From Nemertoderma westbladi (taxonomy: Eukaryota > Animalia > Xenacoelomorpha): DNA of 57,973 nt. The notes beneath the pieces are model-generated. The model was not told the DNA's origin and searched no databases. It saw only the letters and a list, made by a program, of their open reading frames with translations. The translations under genes were made by a program, and so were the position numbers. Numbering within the stretch: position 1 is the stretch's first letter; the number at the start of each line of letters is the position of its first letter. Where the stretch lies: assembly GCA_032718475.1 (NCBI GenBank), contig JAUCBJ010007984.1:1-57973 (forward strand), written 5' to 3'. Positions 1 through 9,283 of this stretch are shown here, in pieces.

Positions 1-1
1 T

Positions 2-130
2 AATCGCCCAGTGGGTCGTTTATGTTTACTGGAAAGAGACAGAAAGCTCTCCGGAAACTATGGAAGGCAAGAAACTCTTCCCACGACCACTTCCCTAATC
101 CAACCCACATCTAGGGACTCCCCAACTTAA
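2..130 (+). CDS. 3' end of a putative BEL/Pao retrotransposon Pol (post-integrase DUF5641-like terminus), cut by the window edge
   Basis: Frame from nt 2 reads NRPVGRLCLLERDRKLSGNYGRQETLPTTTSLIQPTSRDSPT*. RPxxxLCLLE resembles the usual end of BEL/Pao Pol (RP(I/V)xKLxxL(E/P)). Only ~10 informative residues. Confidence 0.55.
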   Translation, partial: NRPVGRLCLLERDRKLSGNYGRQETLPTTTSLIQPTSRDSPT

Positions 131-651
131 TATCGTTCGGAGTGGGCGTGTGACTCTATTATTTTATATTATTTTATTATTTTTATATTTCTGTATGTAT
201 TACTATGTAATTTTATTATAATCGTTTTCTTTAATTTTATTCAGTAGAATGTTATTTTAGCGATTATTTAGTAGATTAGTGCAATATATATTCGCGTTTA
301 TTACTTAATTACTTATATTATATTTAGTGTGACGGTGAGAAACAAGTGTTTTTCTCTTTCCTTACTGTCCGTATTATATTATAAATACGTAACTACAGTA
401 AGATGAAATGTCCGTACTTATTAAAGTACAATAAAGCCACTACTATATTTAAGTATTATTGGTAGGCAGAGTATTAGGAATGCAAAGTTCAGATCCTCGT
501 GTCTCGGCTAAACCAAGCTCTGGGTAGACCTTGGAAACGAATTGCCTCTTCACACTGACATTGCTTCGTGCGATATTGCTCTCATACCGTATATTAAATA
601 ATACATATAGTAGCGTGATGTCCCTATAACAGTAGCGTATAACGCAAAATA

Positions 652-972
652 AATCTGTTAAACCCTTTGACCATCTGTAATTCTAGTCGATTAAGATATC
701 GCGGCACCCACCGATATACTTGAAAGACAAATTTTAGAATCAGTGGTTAACGTCCCCAGACAAGTTCTGGAATAAATCGGTGCCCATCTCAAATATTAAT
801 TATTTAATATTTGCTAATCCAATAAATCAAAATCTGTAAAATTCAGATCCTTCAACAATTCTAGTCAATTAAGATATCGTAGCATTTACCGATATTCTTA
901 AAAAGACAATTGTCATAGAATTAAGGATCTTGTGTCCCCAGACATATTCTAGAATCAAAATATGTCCATCTA
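652..972 (+). repeat. Diverged ~180-bp tandem duplication, each copy a long stem-loop
   Basis: AAATCTGT...AATTCTAGTC(G/A)ATTAAGATATCG...ACCGATAT...AAAGACAA...TAGAAT...GTCCCCAGACA...CCATCT occurs at ~652-790 and ~831-972. Confidence 0.8.
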
Positions 973-1784
973 ATTAGTAAATAATAAAATTTCAGGGAAT
1001 AATTTAAATTCATGCCTTTTAATGAATTTAATAAATTGCCATTTTTACGCAATTTATAACATTCCCAAAATTCCATTAATTAATAGATCACGGGAGCGGA
1101 GATTTATCTTCTTATGCGTATGAGTGTGCGAAAGTCTCCCAAACATAGTCAATAGCCGATAAAATTCATAAAGTCATGTATCAAACAGGACATTGACTAT
1201 TAAAGAATTACTATTAAATAACATCCCAGATCTGTATGTATTGGAATTACCCTAATTCTACCGCTAGCTTTGCATAATGTCACCATAGCAACAACCACGC
1301 TAGAATTAGAATTGAGTTAAAAGAACAATAGAAAGCTTGTCCCGTTGAATAGCATAGGGAATACATAGCGCACTACTAGTATCCAAGGATACATAATAAT
1401 ACAGTGACATTCTGGAAGGCATTGACTAACGGACAAATGGCCCGAATGTGCGTAGTTGTGACCAGTTGTGTGGTATTTGTGAGTTTATAGGTGAATGTTA
1501 CTGCTAAAGTGTGTTTACAGTAGCTAGTCGCAATCGTGAAAGTAACCTAACTCTCCAAGGAAAACCTGAAGTACATCTAAGCCTTTGGGACGGACAGTGG
1601 AGTGACTTGTGCCGGTTATCGTTGTCGTTGTACGGCTACGTCGTTGGCGAAAGTGCAGCGACAGCGGTATATCGGCGCTGAGGATCTCACACTGTCCGGG
1701 GGCACGGGAGAAGTAGGCAGCGACGCCCGCTCGCCTAATAAATATATAAACTCATTATAATATTGGTGAACTCGTATAGCAGAT

Positions 1785-3533
1785 ATGACTGAATTAATAG
1801 AAGATGATCTTGGTATCAGGGAGAGATATACTCTACCTTTACAAGCGTTTGTCGATAGCTTGATACGCGGCGACGCTGATCCAACTACTACGGAGGATGA
1901 TGGTCGTTATATCGAACCGCCAATGTCCCAGGAGCAACTTACGCGTGAATTGGACTATAGAAAATTCACTGCTCGCTATACGCATCGTAATGGTACGTAT
2001 ATGGACTTCTTGACTACTGGTCATCCTATTGATTTACACGACACCGACGATGTCGATACCGAAAGGGAAATGGTTTTATTTAAATATCATACCCAGCGGA
2101 GTCGAAACGACAAATCGAGAATAGAACACGAGAACTCTATTCGAAATAAACTCGAAAGAGAAGACGTTGAAGAACCTGATAAACGTAGCGGCTTCAACGA
2201 ATATCTAGAATTCCTAAGAGAGACCTATCTCAATGTTGCTAGTCAACAAAACCTCGAAACTCGATATCCTCAAGGTATACATCCAGATCCTATGATGGAA
2301 CTCAAACGGCTCTATTTTACGATGATGTATCTTACCGCCGATCGACCACTCCCTGTCGTTCCAGATAGCTTCAAACAGATGGAGGAATATTGTAAAACTG
2401 GAGAGCGATCACCCGCGTTTCCCCTTCAAGACGTGCGTCTTTGGTATTACTGTGACGAATGCCCTAGACCTAACCAGCAAATCGAAAGGCATAAACATCC
2501 GCGGAGACGTTGTGCTAAACACAGTTTTACGCGATATACTTATGGGAGTTTCGAGCGAAACCTTTTCGACGTATCACCTACGGTCGCGCGCCTTAAACGA
2601 TCATTGAACAAACCCATGATCAGAGTTCCGGAATACTCGGTCAGACCTCCTCATTCCCAAGTGATACCTCAAACTCTCGATCCTAATAGTATTACGGATC
2701 CTCCCGAGCTATACTCACTGTTCAAAGATCTAGTGTTACCTGAACAGTTGATTGGTGGCACTCCGGTAGTGGGTTCGTTAGATATTCGCCAACCTTACCT
2801 CGCTGGACTAGGACGCGGTCATCTAATATCACAGTTTAACCCCTACAACCGTCCTGGCCTCCCTCCGATTCAACCTGTTACAGAAGTCGAAGAGAGCGTG
2901 ATACGAAATGCGTTGGACGCTATTCGGCAGAAAATCGGAAAGGGAACTTACGATTGCTTGGAGAAACGTAAATTGCAACAACAAGTCCAAGCGGTGAAAG
3001 AACTAGCTTTACCCCAGTTCGATAGAGAAATACAAAATCTAGAGGAGGACATCGAACGTGGACGAACCTACTCCTTACAGGAATTCCTGGACGAGCGCTT
3101 GCAACAACAAGCTGAGGAAAATCAGCTCGAGGAGAGACATATAGAGCTGACTGAGAGGGAAGAAGCTGCTTTAGCCCAACCAGAAACTCAAATTCTCGTG
3201 ACGGATCTCTATTCCAAAACGATCCTCCACCCCTCGATGGTTCCTCATTTTAAAGACAAGCTCTTTGCTACGGTACAGCCTCAACCGGTTAATACTGATC
3301 TCAGATCTCACGAGCTCATTGCTGACGCTCCTATGATACAACGTCCACCCATCGCGGCTGCTCGTGTCGATGGTGTACTTGTTGAGCCTCCGGACAATAG
3401 AGCGGATCTAGTCCGTCGCATGGTACACGATGTTAACATACGCGCTAGACCTTTGCCGGACTCATTTTATGGAATTAAGGATCATCAATTTAAAGCAATA
3501 TTACATGGTAAAACCAGAAGATCCTACGCATAG
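1785..3533 (+). CDS. Uncharacterised 582-aa protein with a CxxC...HxH...C..H motif and a coiled-coil region (accessory ORF A)
   Basis: Uninterrupted 1.75-kb ORF in AT-rich DNA; CDECPRPNQQIERHKHPRRRCAKH from residue 223; Q/E/L-rich helical stretch at ~2900-3180. No family recognised. Confidence 0.8.
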   Translation: MTELIEDDLGIRERYTLPLQAFVDSLIRGDADPTTTEDDGRYIEPPMSQEQLTRELDYRKFTARYTHRNGTYMDFLTTGHPIDLHDTDDVDTEREMVLFKYHTQRSRNDKSRIEHENSIRNKLEREDVEEPDKRSGFNEYLEFLRETYLNVASQQNLETRYPQGIHPDPMMELKRLYFTMMYLTADRPLPVVPDSFKQMEEYCKTGERSPAFPLQDVRLWYYCDECPRPNQQIERHKHPRRRCAKHSFTRYTYGSFERNLFDVSPTVARLKRSLNKPMIRVPEYSVRPPHSQVIPQTLDPNSITDPPELYSLFKDLVLPEQLIGGTPVVGSLDIRQPYLAGLGRGHLISQFNPYNRPGLPPIQPVTEVEESVIRNALDAIRQKIGKGTYDCLEKRKLQQQVQAVKELALPQFDREIQNLEEDIERGRTYSLQEFLDERLQQQAEENQLEERHIELTEREEAALAQPETQILVTDLYSKTILHPSMVPHFKDKLFATVQPQPVNTDLRSHELIADAPMIQRPPIAAARVDGVLVEPPDNRADLVRRMVHDVNIRARPLPDSFYGIKDHQFKAILHGKTRRSYA

Positions 3534-6027
3534 TCTGAAGTTTCTACCATTGATCAATCCTCTCGACCTCGTCGAACTCGAACAACTACAAAAACATCTA
3601 GATCAGCTAGTTAAACTAAACTCATTTCGAAAACCGTATAATATTTCCAGAATAGAGAAAGAAATATTACCTCCGTACAATCTTGATGGATTCATTAAAA
3701 CTCGATTAGTGCACTGGAATCTTGACGTGTTATTCGAGGAAGAAAGAATAAAACGATATGGAGATGTGGAAACCTATACTACACAATGCTTAAAGTATAG
3801 AGATTTACCCAATGCTAGCGAATGCGCTACTTTGTGGCATCCAGTGGGAATGACTCTCGAAAACGCCACTAAAGAATGGAACGAGACTCTTAACGTTATC
3901 GAGATGTATGGCGTTGTTACTTATGACAACGAAGGTAGCGTTCCGGTGGGAGAACTAGGAACTACGCGAATGATACATATACGAGGACTCGCTGGTTCTA
4001 CCCACGTATTCACTCGAGCGTGTTCCGACGTGATTGATTATTCTTTTGAAACCCTTACGGAGACACAAAAGAAACTTCGACATGGACAATTCGAGCTCGC
4101 GCAGCGTTACGTCACCGACACCGAGCGCAAACCGGCCATGGGTATCGACGGATCAATGTTACCCCAACCCGTGCTCGAAATGTTGTTTAACGAAAGAATC
4201 CTAAAAATCGGCTCAGCTGTTTATGGAGATCTCCAAAACGATTTCCGGAATATGGAAAACATTCCATACCCTTTCGTTGATACTCAGCTGATTGCTCCTT
4301 GGGCCGAAGGCCGAGGTTTCTTTCGCACTATGTATGCCAATACACCCAGCGACATTACTAAGGTACAACGGACATCCATCGGACATCTTCCCTTTCAAGA
4401 ATATGGATGGAATTTCAAAGTTGGAAATCCTACCAATTACCAGCAAGTATATGGAGATCATTACTCTCGTTTATATTTTGATGGACCATTAACTGCGCCT
4501 GGTGCCGTATATAGCTTTATGAGTGTTCCACTTCGCCCTTCCTTAGCTATATACACGATCTTTGAAAACGCAGCACTTGCCGGTTGGCTAGCCGATGTGT
4601 GCAGTCGTACCATATGCGCTCACCCATTAATACTTGGAACTAAACTCGCCAAGTTAGACGAACACAATAAGTTTATACGTTTCGAATGTTTCCGGCGCTT
4701 TCTGACTCCGTTCCATAACGTCGACAGTCAGTTCAAGGACCGCGCGCTGACCAAACTCAGTCTGAGAGACTCAGCTGCGGAGAAGCTGAGTAGCGCTGGA
4801 TTTGCCGTTTTTCAAGACGTTTGTATACAGAACTTACATTCATCTGTCATACAAAGACCCCGAATACCTACAGGTTATTCTGTCGTGGAAATACAGACAG
4901 TGGATCCACTTACTGAGACCGACGCACCCACTTCGTCTATACAGCTGGAAGATGAACCAGTATGCTTGGAATCAGAAGCGATTCAGCCTACAGCTTCCCG
5001 GAGCAGTGACAATGATTATGTCATAGAGTGGTATCAAGGTCCACAGCGTCTCACAGCGTACGATTATCGACACGCCAACTACGTTTCTCGAAAACGTTGT
5101 CGATTATGCGCATCGAGAGACCACTTCACCCCTCTAGACTCGAGCGTACCTTGCTCCTATTTCCTCGAACAACCGATGATGGAAATATATTGTGCTTATT
5201 GCAGACTTAATAACTCTCATATTTTTGCCGTCTGCCCACAATTTATGACTCAATGTCACTACTGTCAACTTAAAGGACATGAAAGTTACAATTGTCCCTT
5301 TAATCGCGATTTAGAGAGCGTAGACGAGATGATCACCCTGCGATACATCCGAGCTTGGGAAGCGAACGCGGATTTACATTGCGAATCCCGACATCGCTAT
5401 TACCCTGGACGAGCTTACGAGGGAGTTTACGCGTTCCATCCTTATCTATTCGCGTCGATTGAACAGAAAACACGCGTACCAAGTTACGAGTTAATGAAGC
5501 GTGTTGGTGAGTGTATTTCCACCAAGTTTGTCAGAAAATACCTTAGAAACGTTAATCCTAATGATATAACCACATATCACCTGATCAATTTTATCCGTCA
5601 GGACCCTGAGTATGGCGACATCTTTGTGAACTCGCATCCTGAACTACAGGAAGTATCTCGGCGACCATATGAATATCGAACACGAGAACGTGAGCTGGAG
5701 AGAACCATTAAACCAAGAAAGTTCCTCACCACTCACGGTCCACCCACCGCTAGTGTCCAGACGACCCGTCAAGGACCCGTAGGAGCTGCCGTCCTGAGAC
5801 GCGCTCTAAAGGCCGTTAGACCTCGCTCCACTGAGGTTGATATTAATCAACCAGGTACTTCGACCAGCGGGTATACCGATCGTAACCCTACACCTTCTGA
5901 TGCAATTGAATTGCACCCTTCGCCTAGGAGCTACAGCCCTCCTCGTAAAGTGGCTCGCCCCAAAGAGAAAAGGACTCTTGCTAGCCTCACGAAACTGCGT
6001 AAACGCCGTCCGCGTAAGAAAGACTAA
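3430..6027 (+). CDS. 865-aa DEDDy (RNase D/WRN/EXD/mut-7-like) 3'-5' exonuclease domain + three CCHC zinc knuckles + basic C-terminus (accessory ORF B)
   Basis: ExoI VVTYDNEG (D166, E168); LPQPVLEMLFNERILKIGSAVYGDL (ExoII D267); FVDTQL; ExoIII-like PLRPSLAIYTIFE (Y375-x3-E379). Knuckles CRLCASRDH-x9-C, CAYCRLNNSHIFAVC, CHYCQLKGHESYNC. C-terminus KLRKRRPRKKD. True start could be 3430, 3469 or 3505. Confidence 0.8.
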   Translation: MLTYALDLCRTHFMELRIINLKQYYMVKPEDPTHSLKFLPLINPLDLVELEQLQKHLDQLVKLNSFRKPYNISRIEKEILPPYNLDGFIKTRLVHWNLDVLFEEERIKRYGDVETYTTQCLKYRDLPNASECATLWHPVGMTLENATKEWNETLNVIEMYGVVTYDNEGSVPVGELGTTRMIHIRGLAGSTHVFTRACSDVIDYSFETLTETQKKLRHGQFELAQRYVTDTERKPAMGIDGSMLPQPVLEMLFNERILKIGSAVYGDLQNDFRNMENIPYPFVDTQLIAPWAEGRGFFRTMYANTPSDITKVQRTSIGHLPFQEYGWNFKVGNPTNYQQVYGDHYSRLYFDGPLTAPGAVYSFMSVPLRPSLAIYTIFENAALAGWLADVCSRTICAHPLILGTKLAKLDEHNKFIRFECFRRFLTPFHNVDSQFKDRALTKLSLRDSAAEKLSSAGFAVFQDVCIQNLHSSVIQRPRIPTGYSVVEIQTVDPLTETDAPTSSIQLEDEPVCLESEAIQPTASRSSDNDYVIEWYQGPQRLTAYDYRHANYVSRKRCRLCASRDHFTPLDSSVPCSYFLEQPMMEIYCAYCRLNNSHIFAVCPQFMTQCHYCQLKGHESYNCPFNRDLESVDEMITLRYIRAWEANADLHCESRHRYYPGRAYEGVYAFHPYLFASIEQKTRVPSYELMKRVGECISTKFVRKYLRNVNPNDITTYHLINFIRQDPEYGDIFVNSHPELQEVSRRPYEYRTRERELERTIKPRKFLTTHGPPTASVQTTRQGPVGAAVLRRALKAVRPRSTEVDINQPGTSTSGYTDRNPTPSDAIELHPSPRSYSPPRKVARPKEKRTLASLTKLRKRRPRKKD

Positions 6028-6097
6028 CTGTTTAGAGTATCTTTAGGTTTTAGAAACTGTGATTTTTATATTTTATAGACTGAAAATCCCATTTTCT

Positions 6098-6108
6098 GGG
6101 AGCGGTGT
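6098..6108 (+). promoter_or_regulatory. Putative polypurine tract / 3' LTR boundary (GGGAGCGG|TGT)
   Basis: G-rich tract abutting TGT, 70 nt after the ORF B stop, as expected for an LTR retrotransposon PPT. Confidence 0.45.
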
Positions 6109-7412
6109 AAAAGCCTTTGCTGAATTGCCCCGTTATTTTTATTATTTTTACATTAAAATACTCTGTAGTTGATTTAATTAGTGTAAGAGACCGTATTATT
6201 ACTGTATCGGTGTTTTTTAGAGGATCTAAGAGCTATTTCCTCCGTATGTGTACTGTGGAAGGCATAGTTGATGATTCTATGGCAATTCGTGACGCAAAAG
6301 GTGATAGCTACTCTTGAACAGTAGTTACTATGACGACGGTTAACAGCTGATATTCATACGTGTTGATTTTCTTTGTTCTACGGCGTCTCTCAGTTCAGTC
6401 AGCCAATCAGAGCATTTTTATGGCTCTTGTACAGAGATTTCCTAGAAATCACTCAAGGCATTATTGTGCAGTGTTTACATTCTGTCCTGAGCCAGGAGAG
6501 AGCGGCTTGGAAATATTTTGTGCTTTTCTGTTTTAGCCTAACACTAGTAGGCTTAATTATAAGGACATATATCCGTTATCAAACCACACACACACACTGA
6601 ATCACTGTGCAACTCAACTAAACAAACCAAATCTGCATGTACCATACACTGGTGCATACTATATATTGTTATACTGCTATTTACTGTCGGTTCTTCATAA
6701 TATGGTTGATGAATTATTATATTTGGAATAACGATAAATAACCCCGAAAACCCAATATTCTTGATATACCGAAGGTAAGAGAGAAGGGTTACATATAACG
6801 ATTTTGACTTATGTTAAAGTGGTTTGAAGTGAATCTAATGTTATTTGATAGACCCTACATGATTCGGTCCGTGTTCCTTTTATATGTGACTAAAATCAGT
6901 GAAGATCGGCAGATTAGTGTGCAGTATTGTGCAGCATTGTGTATGAGTGATACTGATAACGAAGCATTTCCTAAAGAATGCGCCATATATGTGAATTATA
7001 ACTAAGCCATATCGTTGTGAGTAGTTTAAGTCATAACTCTGTTTATATAGATAGAGCGCCACGTCCTAAAGGAACTGTTAATATTTCCCGAAGGTGAATA
7101 ATATTGTCAGAGATTATATAATACTGTCAGTCGAATAATACATTAGGCTTACATAGCAATAAGATTAAGCCGTCGAACCCAATCTCCCGGGTATATCCAG
7201 TGGGTGAATGATCGCGCACCGATTGGTTTCGACTAGTGTAGTGAATCAAATACTTGTCATAGGCTAAAAGTGATTTATTATCTAGAAGACATCCTAATTT
7301 GGCGGGTTAAACTGCCAAAGGTCTGAAAGCGCGAACAACCGACAATGCACTCCAATACTAGAACCAGAAAATAAAGTGTAATAAAATGTACTTTGATCAG
7401 AGTTAATATATA

Positions 7413-9246
7413 GGCTCATTCCATGAAAAGGTCAACCTCCCCACTAATTTCTAAAAATGAGATGTAGCTTTGAATTTATACTTATTTTAGGTCAAAATTT
7501 ATCGTACTTCATGAATTCAGTGCTAAAAATTGTATCAACACAGGTGGTTTATCAAAAATAGTCGAATTACAAATTATGGACCTGCTCTGCACAAAATGTG
7601 AATAAAAGTGTGCAAAAGTTTGGTTTCCTGTAGGCACTTCCTATGACCAATAAATTAACATTTCTGAGCATGTACCAAATCAAAAATAAACCCATTTTCG
7701 AATTTTTTAGGTTTCATTTAATTTCACCAGTGTTTCATTCCTCTGTAATGAAATCAATAAAGTTAATCTTGTGATGTCCCATACTTTACCTAAAATAGTG
7801 AAATTTTTAGTTTATTCACAGAGATGTAACTCAGCCTAATCACCCAGTGGAATGCAAAGCACATTTGTGTTGCGTCATTGTATAAAACAATTAGTTTCAT
7901 CTTCACTCCCTCAGAAATATCATGGCGGCCAATTGAAAATTGTCCCATACTTTACCATTAAAATGGCGATTATATTAGTGCACTGTATTAATGTAATATG
8001 TGAAGCCATGAGTGATATAATACTCTAAGGTCATAGTCGGCCGTAAGAATAGGAGTCTATATTTGAACTGAGAATCATTCCTCAGTCAAGAAATCTTTGG
8101 TTTTATGCATGTAAAGTCCCATACTTTACCAAAAAATAGTGAAATTTTTAATTTATACACATAGAAGTAGTCTAACTCAGCCCAATCACCCAGTGGAATG
8201 CAAAGCACGTTTGTGTTGCGTCATCTAAAGAAACAATTACCTGTAGTTTCATAATCTACTCCCTCAGAAACATCATGACGGCCAATTGAAAATTGTCCCA
8301 TACTTTACCATTATAATGGCGATTACATTTTAGTGCACTGTATTAATGTAATATATGAAACCTGGAGGACAGGAGTGTTATAATGCTTTAGGGTGATAGT
8401 AGGGGGAAGCATAGAAGTATGTATTTGAACTAAGAATCATTCCTCAGTTAACTAATCTTTGAGTTTATGCATGTAAAGTCGCGTACTTTACAACAAATTT
8501 CAAAAAATTTAGTTTTTTAGCAGATAAGAAGATCGGTAAGTACAGTAATTGATACATTTTCAGAAAAATGGAAAGAATTTCGAAACTTTTTACAGACTAC
8601 ATGTGTACCAAGTTTGGTTATATTTCATCAATGATTGACGGACTTATTTAGGTTTTATCAAAATTTTGAAACTATCGGTACCAACAGACAGACTGTCTGA
8701 TATGTGACCTTTGATTCCTTAAACTTCAGATTCTATCCAAACTTTTGACAGACTTCATACGTACCAGGTTTGGTTTAATTTCATCTAAAAATGACCGAGT
8801 TATACAGTATTAGCGATCAAAAATTTGACAGATGACATACAACTCCTCAAGGGCACATATGCTAAGACTTCGGGTCAATTTGTGGGCCGCCCCACATTTT
8901 GTATCCATATCTTGGTTGGAAATACTTAGTTGCACTTTATTATCACTAATTATCCAGAAATTACTGTTAGGTTAAGTGTAAGAGACCATTTTGACCATAA
9001 AATTCGTACAGGTCCCGTACTTTACTTAGCAATGTCCCATACTTTACCACACAAACCACACTGTAAAAAATTAGCAATGCAGCAATTCGTCTTATATTTA
9101 TATTTTTATTTAAGCTTAATAATACAGCTTTATCCTAAACATCAACTCAACACCGTACCTGCGCACAATTCGCTAAATTTTAGAATTGAAATCATAAAAT
9201 AAAAAAAACCATTTCGTACGAATCCGTACTTTACCTTAATTGGACA

Positions 9247-9283
<37 letters not shown>

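Larger units (their letters stand above)
1..6860 (+). mobile_element. Putative BEL/Pao LTR retrotransposon, 3' part: pol end, spacer, two accessory ORFs, PPT, start of 3' LTR
   Basis: Pol-like terminus (2-130); two co-oriented intronless ORFs more GC/CpG-rich than the flanks; GGGAGCGG (6098-6105) directly followed by TGT (6106). The right LTR end is not determinable; 6860 (...CCCTACA) is a guess. Confidence 0.5.

Noticed and set aside
139-155. Alternative PPT/LTR start GGAGTGGGCG|TGTGAC right after the pol-like stop
   Set aside because: Not preferred because the following DNA is extremely T-rich and UTR-like and a better-placed tract follows ORF B; it cannot be excluded without the 5' LTR.
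680-930. Hammerhead ribozyme in the duplicated hairpins (GTC...GAAAGAC)
   Set aside because: No CUGANGA core in the required position on either strand.
1785-6027. ORF A/B as gag-pol, env or a nanos gene
   Set aside because: No protease, RT, integrase or tyrosine-recombinase motifs; no signal peptide or TM helix; knuckle spacing does not fit the Nanos C-x2-C-x12-H-x10-C pattern.
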